This document shows, in pieces, positions 42,976-53,503 of a stretch of 64,000 nt of DNA. The position numbers and the translations under genes were made by a program. The notes below the pieces were generated by a model. The model had not been told where the DNA came from, ran no database searches, and was given only the letters and a program-made list of their open reading frames with translations. Source of the stretch: Escherichia coli 042 (lineage in GTDB: Bacteria; Pseudomonadota; Gammaproteobacteria; Enterobacterales; Enterobacteriaceae); assembly GCF_000027125.1 (NCBI RefSeq), contig NC_017626.1; one strand, 5' to 3'. How positions within the stretch are numbered: position 1 is the stretch's first letter; each line of letters starts with the position of its first letter.

Positions 42976-44972
42976 ATTCACTACGTCCGGAATTATTAGA
43001 ACTGACACCACAAGCTTTGACGGCGTTAAGCAATGCCGGTTTTGTTAAGCGCAGCCTTAAAGAACTGGAAAATGGCAACGTCCCGGAAATCAGCCATGAG
43101 AACGGCGCTTTAATCGCCACCTTCAGTGACGGTGTCCGCACCCAGCTGGCGAACGGTCAGGCACTGAAAGAGGCTCAGTGCAGCTGCGGGGCCAGCGGCA
43201 TGTGCCGTCATCGCGTGATGCTGGTGTTAAGTTATCAACGACTTTGTGCCAACGCCCAGCCTACGGAAAAGGAAGAAGAGTGGGATCCGGCAATCTGGCT
43301 GGAAGAACTGGCTACCCTGCCCGATGCCACCCGCAAACGCGCACAGGCGCTGGTCGCTAAAGGCATCACCATTGAGTTGTTCTGTACGCCGGGCGAAATT
43401 CCCTCTGCCCGCTTACCGATGAGCGATGTACGTTTTTATTCCCGCAGCAGCATTCGCTTCGCACGCTGTGATTGTATTGAAGGAACACTTTGCGAACATG
43501 TCGTACTGGCAGTACAGGCCTTTGTCCAGGCCAAAGCGCAGCAAGCGGAATTTACTCATTTAATCTGGCAGATGCGCAGCGAACACGTCACATCATCTGA
43601 CGATCCGTTTGCCAACGATGAGGGCGACGCGTGTCGTCAATATGTTCAGCAATTAAGCCAGGCGTTATGGCTTGGCGGCATCAGCCAGCCGCTTATTCAT
43701 TACGAGGCTGCTTTCAGCCGCGCGCAGCAAGCGGCGGAACGCTGCAACTGGCGCTGGGTAAGTGAATCACTACGACAGCTACGGGCAAGCGTTGATGCCT
43801 TCCACGCCCGCGCCAGTCACTATCATGCCGGAGAATGCTTACGTCAGCTTGCGGCATTAAACAGTCGATTAAATTGCGCACAAGAGATGGCGCGGCGCGA
43901 CAGTGTTGGTGAAGTTCCTCCTGTGCCGTGGCGCACGGTCGTTGGTGCTGGCATTGCCGGAGAAGCAAAGCTTGATCATCTGCGGCTGGTGTCTTTAGGT
44001 ATGCGTTGCTGGCAGGATATTGAGCAGTATGGTTTACGCATCTGGTTTACCGATCCCGACACCGGCAGTATTTTGCATCTTTCACGTAGTTGGCCGAGAA
44101 GCGAACAGGAAAACTCACCGGCAGCGACGCGTCGGCTTTTTAGCTTTCAGGCTGGCGCACTGGCTGGTGGGCAAATTGTTTCACAAGCAGCAAAACGCAG
44201 TGCCGATGGCGAGCTGCTGTTAGCTACCCGCAACCGCTTGAGTAGTGTTGTTCCACTGTCGCCAGACGCCTGGCAAATGTTGAGCGCGCCGTTGCGCCAG
44301 CCGGGCATTGTGGCTTTGCGGGAATATTTACGCCAGCGTCCCCCCGCCTGCATACGACCACTCAACCAGGTCGATAACTTATTTATTCTGCCGGTAGCGG
44401 AGTGTATTTCGCTTGGTTGGGATAGCAGCCGCCAGACACTGGATGCGCAGGTCATTAGCGGCGAAGGGGAAGATAATGTGCTGACGTTATCCCTTCCGGC
44501 ATCTGCCTGTTCTCCTTTTGCCGTTGAACGCATGGCGGCGCTTTTGCAACAAACAGACGACCCCGTGAGTCTGGTTTCTGGCTTTGTCAGCTTTGTAGAG
44601 GGGCAATTGACACTGGAACCACGGGTGATGATGACAAAAACTCGCGCCTGGGCGCTGGACGCAGAAACTGCGCCTGTGGCACCGCTACCTTCTGCCAGCG
44701 TCTTGCCTGTGCCGTCTACCGCTCATCAGTTGCTGATGCGCTGCCAGGCGTTACTTATTCAACTGCTCCATAACGGCTGGCGCTATCAGGAACAGAGTGC
44801 TATTGGTCAGGCAGAGTTGCTGGCGAATGACCTCTCCGCGGTGGGTTTTTATCGGCTGGCACATGTGTTGGCACAATTTCGTAATACAGAAAGCGAGGCA
44901 CGGGTAGAAGCAATGAATAACGGTGTTTTACTTTGCGAACAATTATTCCCCATGCTTCAGCAACAAGGATGA
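42972..44972 (+). CDS. yehQ: SWIM zinc-finger protein with two CxCx5CxH motifs
   Basis: 666-aa ORF; CSCGASGMCRH and CDCIEGTLCEH; ATGA start/stop overlap with yehP. Confidence 0.85.
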   Translation: MNSLRPELLELTPQALTALSNAGFVKRSLKELENGNVPEISHENGALIATFSDGVRTQLANGQALKEAQCSCGASGMCRHRVMLVLSYQRLCANAQPTEKEEEWDPAIWLEELATLPDATRKRAQALVAKGITIELFCTPGEIPSARLPMSDVRFYSRSSIRFARCDCIEGTLCEHVVLAVQAFVQAKAQQAEFTHLIWQMRSEHVTSSDDPFANDEGDACRQYVQQLSQALWLGGISQPLIHYEAAFSRAQQAAERCNWRWVSESLRQLRASVDAFHARASHYHAGECLRQLAALNSRLNCAQEMARRDSVGEVPPVPWRTVVGAGIAGEAKLDHLRLVSLGMRCWQDIEQYGLRIWFTDPDTGSILHLSRSWPRSEQENSPAATRRLFSFQAGALAGGQIVSQAAKRSADGELLLATRNRLSSVVPLSPDAWQMLSAPLRQPGIVALREYLRQRPPACIRPLNQVDNLFILPVAECISLGWDSSRQTLDAQVISGEGEDNVLTLSLPASACSPFAVERMAALLQQTDDPVSLVSGFVSFVEGQLTLEPRVMMTKTRAWALDAETAPVAPLPSASVLPVPSTAHQLLMRCQALLIQLLHNGWRYQEQSAIGQAELLANDLSAVGFYRLAHVLAQFRNTESEARVEAMNNGVLLCEQLFPMLQQQG

Positions 44973-45096
44973 AATAGTGCTTTTTACTAAGAGTTCTACT
45001 CCAGTTCCGGACTGCTCACGCCACAGTATTAGGCATATCCTATATAGCCCCTGGTGAGAGTCACCAGTTCCTTGATTAAATAAAATGGAGTTTTAC

Positions 45097-45558
45097 ATGA
45101 AGGCTTTCAATAAGCTGTTTTCCCTCGTTGTTGCATCTGTTCTGGTTTTCTCTCTTGCTGGCTGCGGTGACAAAGAAGAATCGAAAAAATTCAGCGCCAA
45201 TCTGAACGGTACTGAAATTGCCATTACCTATGTCTACAAAGGTGACAAGGTGCTTAAGCAATCTTCTGAAACCAAAATTCAATTTGCCTCCATTGGTGCA
45301 ACCACCAAAGAAGACGCTGCCAAGACACTTGAGCCGTTAAGCGCCAAATACAAAAACATTGCGGGTGTTGAAGAAAAATTAACCTATACCGATACCTACG
45401 CGCAGGAAAACGTGACTATCGATATGGAAAAAGTGGATTTCAAAGCCCTGCAGGGTATTTCAGGAATCAACGTTTCTGCTGAAGATGCCAAAAAAGGTAT
45501 CACTATGGCGCAAATGGAACTGGTGATGAAAGCCGCTGGTTTTAAAGAAGTGAAATAA
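45097..45558 (+). CDS. yehR: Lipoprotein of unknown function (DUF1307-like)
   Basis: Signal peptide with lipobox LAGC; start at MKAFNK. Confidence 0.8.
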   Translation: MKAFNKLFSLVVASVLVFSLAGCGDKEESKKFSANLNGTEIAITYVYKGDKVLKQSSETKIQFASIGATTKEDAAKTLEPLSAKYKNIAGVEEKLTYTDTYAQENVTIDMEKVDFKALQGISGINVSAEDAKKGITMAQMELVMKAAGFKEVK

Positions 45559-45564
45559 TCTGTC

Positions 45565-45590
45565 GGCGGCCATGTTTTTACATGGCCGCC
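45565..45590. terminator. Hairpin between convergent yehR and yehS
   Basis: 10-bp perfect stem ggcggccatg/catggccgcc with ttttta loop. Confidence 0.55.
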
Positions 45591-45599
45591 ATACCCGTC

Positions 45600-46070
45600 T
45601 TAGCTTTTCTTCACATGCTGGCGCGCTGCCAGTCCACGCAGAAAATAACGTAAAAATTGATCGCCGCATTCGCGGAAGTTTTTATGATCCGGTGCACGCA
45701 TCATCGCCGTAATTTCCGGCATCGAAACGCGGAACTGCTGTTCTGTAAGGATCGCCAGAATGTCATCGGTTTTCAGCGAAAACGCGATGCGTAATTTTTT
45801 CAGCACGATGTTGTTATTAATGCGACGTTCCGGCTCCAGTGCCGGAGCAGACTCATCCTTGCCGCGTTTTTCATAAATCAGGCCATTGAGGAATGACGAC
45901 AAAACAATGTCCGGACAACGCTGAAAACCCTCTTCGTCTTCTTTACGTAGCCAGACGGCGATCTGTTCCGCGGTGGCTTCGACATTACCCAGCGCCAGAA
46001 TACGCACCAGGTCATTATTATTGGCTTTCAAAATGTAGCGCACGCTGCGCAGAATATCGTTACTTAGCAT
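45600..46070 (-). CDS. yehS: DUF1456-family protein
   Basis: 156-aa ORF from MLSNDILRSV; the ORF track start is a likely over-extension. Confidence 0.75.
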   Translation of the reverse strand: MLSNDILRSVRYILKANNNDLVRILALGNVEATAEQIAVWLRKEDEEGFQRCPDIVLSSFLNGLIYEKRGKDESAPALEPERRINNNIVLKKLRIAFSLKTDDILAILTEQQFRVSMPEITAMMRAPDHKNFRECGDQFLRYFLRGLAARQHVKKS

Positions 46071-46116
46071 GAGGCCTTCAGGTGTTGATGAGGCAAAAAG
46101 CCATTTTAGCAGTCTT

Positions 46117-46836
46117 TTACAGGCCAATCGCCTCTTTTAAGCTTTTCAGATAACGGCGGCTGACCGGCACGGTTAAGCCATTACGCAAAATCAACTCGGC
46201 CTGGCCGTTATCTTCCAGACGAATCTCCTGTAAATGCGCGAGGTTAACCAGATACTGACGATGGCAGCGCAGTAGTGGTGTACGACTTTCCAGGGTACGT
46301 AATGTCAATTCGGTAAAGCCCTCTTTCCCTTCGTGGCTGGTAACGTAGACACCGCTCATCCGACTGCTGACAAATGCCACATCTTTCATTTGCAGTAAAT
46401 AAATCCGACTATGCCCCGTACAAGGGATAAATTTTAGCGCCTGTTGATTTTCCGGTAACAGCGAAACATCCTGCTTACTGCGTTCCTGACGCAAACGCGC
46501 CAGCGTTTTCTCCAGTCGCGCTTCATCAATTGGCTTCAGCAGATAGTCAAAGGCATGTTCTTCAAAGGCTTTAATAGCGTATTCGTCAAACGCGGTGAGA
46601 AAAACGATATACGGTCGATGTTCGGGGTCGAGCATCCCCACCATTTCCAGACCACTGATGCGCGGCATCTGGATATCGAGAAACAGCACATCCGGGCGCA
46701 GTTTATGCACCGCGCCGATCCCTTCTACGGCGTTTGAACACTCTCCAACGATTTCAATATCGCTCTGCTCCTGCAAAAATACGCGCAGGTTCTCCCGTGC
46801 TAACGGTTCATCATCGACAATTAAGACTTTAATCAT
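46117..46836 (-). CDS. btsR: LytTR-family response regulator BtsR (YehT)
   Basis: Receiver domain (VDDEP...D) plus C-terminal LytTR DNA-binding domain; overlaps btsS end. Confidence 0.88.
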
Positions 46837-48518
46837 GCCTCGTCCCTCCATGGTAGTCGTAACGTTATTCGGGTGTAACTATCAGGCTCACAGGCGACGC
46901 TTATCCCATAGTCATCGCCAAACCGTTCACGTAAACGCTTATCCACCAGATTCATCCCCAGCCCACTGGCATTGGTTACCGGTTGATACAAACCGGCATT
47001 GTCTTCGATCTCCAGCATCAAATGTTGCCCCTCACGTCGGGCGCTGATTGCCACTCGCCCTGTATCGAGCAGTTGTGATGTCCCATGTTTAATGGCGTTT
47101 TCCACTATCGGTTGCAGGGTAAACGCGGGCAATTGCTGCTGGGATAATTCTTGCGGAATAGCAATGTTGACCTGCAACCGCGACTGGAAGCGCGCCTTTT
47201 CAATTTGCAGATAAGCGTTCACATGTTCAATTTCGTCTGCGAGAGTAACAAACTCCGAAGGCCGCTTTAAGTTTTTGCGGAAAAAAGTGGAAAGATACTG
47301 GACCAGCTGGCTGGCCTGTTCGCTGTCGCGGCGGATCACCGCTTTAATGGTGTTAAGCGCATTAAACAAAAAATGGGGGTTCACCTGGGCGTGAAGCAGT
47401 TTGATCTCTGACTGGGTGAGCATCGCTTTTTGCCGCTCATATTGCCCGGCGAGGATCTGCGCCGAAAGCAGTTGCGCAATCCCCTCGCCCAGCGTGCGGT
47501 TGATTGAACTGAATAAACGGTTTTTGGCTTCATACAATTTGATGGTGCCCATCACCCGCTGATTTTCACCACGCAACGGAATTACCAGCGTCGACCCCAG
47601 TTTGCATTGCGGATGCAAAGAGCAACGATAAGGTACTTCGTTGCCATCAGCGTAGACCACTTCACCGGTTTCAATCGCTTTTAAGGTGTAAGTCGAAGAA
47701 ATCGGTTTGCCGGGTAAATGGTGATCGTCACCAATTCCGGTAAAGGCCAGCAATTTCTCTCGATCGGTAATCGCGACTGCACCAATATCCAGCTCCTGAT
47801 ACAGCACCTGTGCCACTTTCATGCTGTTAACTTCGTTAAACCCCTGGCGCAAAATGCCTTCCGTCGAGGCAGCCACTTTTAGCGCAGTGGCAGAAAAAGC
47901 CGAAGTGTATTTTTCAAACATCGCGCGTTTATCGAGCAATATACGCATAAACAGCGCCGCGCCGACGGTATTGGTAACCATCATTGGCGCAGCAATATTA
48001 CTCACCAGACGCACCGCATCTTCATAAGGTCGGGCGATCGCCAGGATGATCAACATTTGCACCATTTCAGCGACGAACGTGACGGCACCGGCGGTAATGG
48101 GGTTAAAGACTTTATCAGTGCGCCCGCGACGGATCAGGATGCTGTGTACCAGGCCGCCGAGCAATCCTTCAACGATGGTCGAGATCATGCAACTTAGCGC
48201 GGTCATGCCCCCCATCGAATATCGATGTAACCCGCCGGTCAGACCAACCAGCCCACCGACGACCGGACCGCCGAGCAAGCCGCCCATTACCGCGCCTATC
48301 GCACGGGTATTGGCAATAGAATCGTCAATGTGCAACCCAAACCAGGTGCCCATGATGCAGAAGATGGAAAAGACGATGTAGCAGAGAAATTTATGCGGCA
48401 GACGAACCGTGACCTGCATTAACGGTATGAATAATGGCGTTTTACTCATTAACCACGCAATGACTAAAAAAACGCACATCTGCTGAAGCAGCAGCAACAC
48501 CAGATTAAAATCGTACAT
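46833..48518 (-). CDS. btsS: LytS-type sensor histidine kinase BtsS (YehU), pyruvate-sensing two-component system
   Basis: N-terminal multi-TM 5TMR-LYT-like region, GAF-like segment, C-terminal HisKA_3/HATPase; start at MYDFNL. Confidence 0.88.
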
Positions 48519-48739
48519 ACCCGCAAACCACACTTCCCTTTAAAACGCGTAACATACATTGCCTGCGTTTAACTTTCTTTGAACTCTTGCAGAAAAATGA
48601 GAATTCGTGAGTACGATCACTCAAAATCGCCTGGCAAAAATAAAATCACCCTATAGATGCACAAAAAACGGGCAAAACTACCTGGTTCGCAAAACTGCGT
48701 CTAAAGTTAAACCGGGACCTCGCGAGCAAGGGTGAGACG

Positions 48740-49471
48740 ATGGCGCTTTACACAATTGGTGAAGTGGCGTTGCTTTGTGATATTAACCCTGTCACGTTAC
48801 GCGCGTGGCAGAGGCGTTACGGATTGCTGAAACCGCAACGGACAGACGGCGGTCATCGGCTGTTCAATGATGCCGATATTGACCGGATCCGCGAGATCAA
48901 ACGCTGGATCGACAACGGCGTGCAGGTCAGCAAAGTAAAAATGCTGCTCAGTAATGAAAATGTTGATGTGCAGAACGGCTGGCGCGATCAGCAAGAAACA
49001 TTACTGACTTACCTGCAAAGCGGCAATCTGCATAGCCTGCGAACGTGGATCAAAGAGCGCGGTCAGGATTACCCCGCCCAGACACTCACCACGCATCTGT
49101 TTATTCCTCTGCGCCGACGACTTCAGTGCCAACAACCGACCCTCCAGGCGCTGCTGGCGATCCTCGACGGCGTACTGATCAACTACATCGCCATTTGCCT
49201 GGCTTCGGCACGTAAAAAACAGGGTAAAGATGCGCTGGTGGTTGGCTGGAATATTCACGATACCACCCGTCTGTGGCTGGAGGGCTGGATTGCCAGTCAA
49301 CAAGGATGGCGCATTGATGTCCTCGCCCACTCGCTCAATCAACTACGCCCTGAACTGTTCGAAGGCCGTACATTGCTGGTGTGGTGCGGTGAAAATCGAA
49401 CCTCCGCCCAACAGCAGCAACTCACCAGTTGGCAGGAACAAGGCCATGATATTTTCCCACTCGGCATTTAA
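48740..49471 (+). CDS. mlrA: MerR-family transcriptional regulator MlrA (csgD activator)
   Basis: 243-aa ORF with N-terminal MerR HTH (YTIGEVALLCDINPVTLRAWQRRYGL). Confidence 0.88.
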   Translation: MALYTIGEVALLCDINPVTLRAWQRRYGLLKPQRTDGGHRLFNDADIDRIREIKRWIDNGVQVSKVKMLLSNENVDVQNGWRDQQETLLTYLQSGNLHSLRTWIKERGQDYPAQTLTTHLFIPLRRRLQCQQPTLQALLAILDGVLINYIAICLASARKKQGKDALVVGWNIHDTTRLWLEGWIASQQGWRIDVLAHSLNQLRPELFEGRTLLVWCGENRTSAQQQQLTSWQEQGHDIFPLGI

Positions 49472-49530
49472 TGATTCGTTAACAAATGCGCTTTACTGTA
49501 CAATCCTTTCGTTAACATAAGGAGTGCATT

Positions 49531-49638
49531 ATGCGCATAGCTAAAATTGGGGTCATCGCCCTGTTCCTGTTTATGGCGTTAGGCGGAATTGGTGGCGTCA
49601 TGCTCGCAGGTTATACCTTTATTTTGCGTGCTGGCTAA
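49531..49638 (+). CDS. yohO: 35-aa small membrane protein
   Basis: ATG with [41 protein letters not shown]; overlaps the 3' end of convergent yehW by 20 nt. Not in the ORF track (under 60 aa). Confidence 0.6.
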
Positions 49639-50350
49639 GCGCCTGCACCAGCCTTTCAAACAGGCGGTCTGCAATGATCGCCGCCAGTGCCACCAGTAAC
49701 GCCCCCTGGATCACATACGCGGTATTAAATCCGCTAAGCCCGATGATGATCGGCGTACCCAGCGTGCTGGCCCCTACCGTTGAGGCGATCGTCGCCGTAC
49801 CAATGTTGATAATCACCGAAGTTCGCACGCCCGCCAGAATCACCGGAGCCGCCAGCGGTAGCTCGACCTTACGCAGTCGCTGACCACGGCTCATTCCCAT
49901 ACCTTTCGCAACTTCTGTCACGCTGGCATCAATCGCTCCCAGCCCGGCAAGTGTTGCCTGCAGGACGGGCAGCACGCCGTAAAGGATCAAGGCGATAATC
50001 GCGGGTTGCAGACCAAAGCCGATCACCGGAACGGCAATCGCCAGCACCGCGACGGGCGGAAAAGTCTGTCCAACGGCGGCAATAGTTTCCACCAGTGGGC
50101 GAAATTCCGCGCCCCAAGGGCGAGTGACAGCAATTCCGGCACCAGTACCAATGATCACCGCAAACAAACTCGAAATTCCCACCAGCCAGAAATGAGCCAG
50201 TGCCAGAACTGCAAAACTTTCTTGCTGATAAACGGGTCGTGGCAGTTGTGGGAACAAGGCTGCAAACAGCGGCTGGCTGTAAGGCAGCCAGAAAATCAGC
50301 GCCACAAACAGAGCAATGAGCCAGAACAGCGGATCGCGCAACATCTTCAT
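49619..50350 (-). CDS. yehW: Osmoprotectant ABC transporter permease
   Basis: 243-aa membrane ORF with ABC permease EAA-like loop; operon osmF-yehYXW. Confidence 0.88.
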
Positions 50351-50354
50351 ACGT

Positions 50355-51281
50355 TTACGCCTCCACCAGCAGATCCTGAAAATGCAGCGTGCCGCAAGGC
50401 TCGCCCTGCGTGTTCACCACCGGCAGCACTTCACATCCCCGCGCGACAAACAGGGAGAGTGCATCGCGTAGCGTCATCTCTTCTGCCAGCGCCTCACCTT
50501 CTGCCCGTTCTTCGCGACGCACGTAATCCGCCACGCTACGTAACGAAAGCAGGCGGACACCCAGTTCACTATGCCCAAAAAACTGGCGGACAAAATCATT
50601 CGCCGGACGAGTCAGCATCGTCAGCGGATTGCCCTGCTGCACCACTTCACCGTGATCCATCAACACCAGATGTTCTGCCAGCCGTAGCGCCTCATCAATA
50701 TCATGAGTGACCAGCACAATAGTGCGCCCCAGCAAACGGTGAATGCGCGTCATCTCTTGTTGCAACGCGCCGCGCGTTACCGGGTCCAGCGCGCCAAAAG
50801 GTTCATCCATCAGTAAGACTTGCGGATCGGCAGCCAGTGCGCGCGCCACTCCCACACGTTGCTGCTGACCACCGGAAAGCTGATGCGGATAACGCTCACG
50901 CAAATTTGGCTCCAGCCCCAGTAGCGCCATTAATTCGTCGATACGATCGTCGATCCGCGCCCGTGACCATTTTTGTAATTGCGGCACGGTGGCAATATTT
51001 TGCGCCACGCTCCAGTGGGGAAACAGGCCAATAGATTGAATGGCATAGCCCATCCGGCGGCGCAACTCCAGCACTGGCAGCGAGCGAATTTCTTCTCCGG
51101 CAAAGCGGATCACGCCACTGTCATGCTCCACCAGGCGGTTAATCATTTTCAGAGTGGTGGATTTACCGGAGCCTGATGTACCAATCAGCACCGAAAAACT
51201 CCCCTCCTGAAAATTGAGATTGAGATCGTTAACGGCTTTTTGTATGCCGAACAGTTTGCTGACATGGCTAAATTCAATCAT
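50355..51281 (-). CDS. yehX: Osmoprotectant ABC transporter ATP-binding protein with C-terminal CBS domains
   Basis: Walker [10 protein letters not shown], signature LSGGQQQR, Walker B LLMDEP. Confidence 0.9.
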   Translation of the reverse strand: MIEFSHVSKLFGIQKAVNDLNLNFQEGSFSVLIGTSGSGKSTTLKMINRLVEHDSGVIRFAGEEIRSLPVLELRRRMGYAIQSIGLFPHWSVAQNIATVPQLQKWSRARIDDRIDELMALLGLEPNLRERYPHQLSGGQQQRVGVARALAADPQVLLMDEPFGALDPVTRGALQQEMTRIHRLLGRTIVLVTHDIDEALRLAEHLVLMDHGEVVQQGNPLTMLTRPANDFVRQFFGHSELGVRLLSLRSVADYVRREERAEGEALAEEMTLRDALSLFVARGCEVLPVVNTQGEPCGTLHFQDLLVEA

Positions 51282-52431
51282 TACGTTTCACCTTCAGCAG
51301 TGCGATAAGCAAATCGAACAGCGCATCGATCAGCACCGCCAGAACAATTACCGGGATCACCCCTAGCAACACTAAATCAATGGCACTGCTTAGCAGCCCC
51401 TGGAAAACCAGCGCACCAAAACCGCCTGCGCCGATTAACGCCGCAATCACCGCCATGCCGACGGTTTGCACCATCACCACCCGCAGGCTACGCAGAAATA
51501 CCGGTAACGCCAGTGGTAACTGAACATGCAGGAATCGCTGCGCCCCGCTCATGCCCATCGCTCTGGCGCTCTCCAGCACATCGCGCGGGATCTGGTTCAA
51601 GCCGACTACCACGCCGCGCACCAGCGGCAGCAAGGCATAGAGCACCAGCGCAATCAGTGCGGGTGTCATTCCGGTTCCTGCTATGCCGAGCTTACCCAGC
51701 CACGGAAAGGCCGTAACCAGTGCGGCAAGCGGCGCAATCAACAGGCCAAAGAGCGCCACCGAAGGCACGGTCTGAATGACATTCAGCAGAGAAAAAATCG
51801 CCCCCTGCCGCGCAGTGGAAAAGTAGCACCAGACGCCCAGCGGCACACCAATCACTAACGCAGGCAGCACCGCACCAAACAGCAACGTCAGATGTTGCGC
51901 CAGCGCGTCATCAAACACATCCCGACGGTTGGCGTATTCTTTCATTAGCGAGAGATCGTTAAGCGTGCCGGAGTACAGCAACCACAGCGGAATAATGGCA
52001 ATCTGCATATGCAACAACCAGCGCCACAGCGGATGCGTGGAGATTCGGCGGATGGCATCGCTACAGGCCAGCAATGCCAGCGCCGCAGCCAGCCAGAAAC
52101 CACTGCCGAGGCTGGTACGCGCCAGCGCACTGCCATTTTGTGCCAGTTGTGTCGCCGCCTTTCCTGCTCCCCACACCAGCGATACGAAGACGAATTGCGC
52201 CAGAATGAGTGCAAAAATGCTGCCTTTTTTAGCGGGAATAAAACAGGCTGTCATCCAGGCGCAACCAACGCCCACCAGCATCCAGATCGTTTGCGGCCAA
52301 AGCTGCCAGAGATGACGCCCCTCACCCGAAACTAAACGATTAGGCGCGTAACTGATAAACGGCAGCGCCGCTGCGATTGCCGTCAGCAACAGCAGCAGCG
52401 CCAGAACAGGATTAATACGTAGATAAGTCAC
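51274..52431 (-). CDS. yehY: Osmoprotectant ABC transporter permease
   Basis: 385-aa polytopic membrane ORF. Confidence 0.88.
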   Translation of the reverse strand: MTYLRINPVLALLLLLTAIAAALPFISYAPNRLVSGEGRHLWQLWPQTIWMLVGVGCAWMTACFIPAKKGSIFALILAQFVFVSLVWGAGKAATQLAQNGSALARTSLGSGFWLAAALALLACSDAIRRISTHPLWRWLLHMQIAIIPLWLLYSGTLNDLSLMKEYANRRDVFDDALAQHLTLLFGAVLPALVIGVPLGVWCYFSTARQGAIFSLLNVIQTVPSVALFGLLIAPLAALVTAFPWLGKLGIAGTGMTPALIALVLYALLPLVRGVVVGLNQIPRDVLESARAMGMSGAQRFLHVQLPLALPVFLRSLRVVMVQTVGMAVIAALIGAGGFGALVFQGLLSSAIDLVLLGVIPVIVLAVLIDALFDLLIALLKVKRND

Positions 52432-52437
52432 GGGAAA

Positions 52438-53355
52438 TTACTTCGTCCACCCTTTTTGTTTCAGGTAGTCGGCAGCCACTTTTTTGGCATCCAGTCCTTC
52501 CACAGCAATGCTGGCATTCAGTTGCTGCAATGTTTTTTCATCGAGGCTGGCGAAGACTGGCTGTAGCCACTGTGCCATTTGCGGATACTCCTTCAACACC
52601 GATTCACGCACCACTGGTGCAGGCGCGTAGATAGGTTGCACGCCTTGCGGATCGCTTAAGGTTTGCAGCCCCAGCGCCGCGACCGGACCGTCGGTACCGT
52701 AAGCCATTGCGGCATTAACGCCAGAGGTTTGCTGAGCAGCGGCTTTGATCGTCACTGCCGTATCGCCACCAGCCAGTGACAGCAACTGATCCTGACCGAG
52801 CTTAAAGCCATAGGCTTTTTCAAACGCGGGTAAGGCATCGGCGCGTTCAATAAATTCTGCCGAGGCCGCCAGTTTGAAGGTGCCGCCCTCTTTCAGATAA
52901 CGACTCAGGTCGGCAAGCGAAGTGAGTTTGTTTTTCTCTGCCACATCCTGACGCACGGCGATGGTCCAGGTGTTATTTGCAGGCGCAGGCGTCAGCCAGA
53001 TTAACTTGTTTTGTTCTGCATCGAGCTTTTTGACTTTCTCGTAGCCTTGCCCGGCATTTTTCCACGCCGCATCGTTTTCATCTTTAAAGAAAAACGCGCC
53101 ATTGCCGGTATATTCCGGATAGATATCCAGTTCACCGGAAGTAATCGCCCCGCGCACCACGGGAGTCGTTCCCAGTTGCACTTTATTTACCGTAGGAACA
53201 CCGTGACTTTCCAGCACCTGCAAAATGATATTGCCGAGCAGCGCGCCTTCGGTATCGATTTTTGAACCGACCTTAACGGGGGAAGCCGCCTGTAGCGGCA
53301 GGCTCACGGCTGCCAACAAAACCAATGAACCTGCCCAGAGCTTTGAGAGTGGCAT
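52438..53355 (-). CDS. osmF: Periplasmic glycine betaine-binding protein OsmF (YehZ)
   Basis: 305-aa ORF with signal peptide. Confidence 0.88.
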   Translation of the reverse strand: MPLSKLWAGSLVLLAAVSLPLQAASPVKVGSKIDTEGALLGNIILQVLESHGVPTVNKVQLGTTPVVRGAITSGELDIYPEYTGNGAFFFKDENDAAWKNAGQGYEKVKKLDAEQNKLIWLTPAPANNTWTIAVRQDVAEKNKLTSLADLSRYLKEGGTFKLAASAEFIERADALPAFEKAYGFKLGQDQLLSLAGGDTAVTIKAAAQQTSGVNAAMAYGTDGPVAALGLQTLSDPQGVQPIYAPAPVVRESVLKEYPQMAQWLQPVFASLDEKTLQQLNASIAVEGLDAKKVAADYLKQKGWTK

Positions 53356-53469
53356 GATGCTTTCCTCATTCTTTTACTGTTGTTTTCAGCGAATTAAGAG
53401 AAAAGCATAGTTGATAATGACAGGGTTAGCCTGTCTGGGCAGATTCAGTTGCAGAATCAGATAAATACT

Positions 53470-53495
53470 TAAAGGGCGCAAACGTCGCGCCCTTA
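53470..53495 (-). terminator. Putative terminator downstream of bglX
   Basis: gggcgc-aaacgtc-gcgccc hairpin followed on the minus strand by uuuaag. Confidence 0.5.
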
Positions 53496-53503
53496 CTAAA
53501 GCA

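Noticed and set aside
50006-50710. 234-aa plus-strand ORF antisense to yehW/yehX
   Set aside because: Antisense to two well-supported ABC transporter genes; composition not protein-like.
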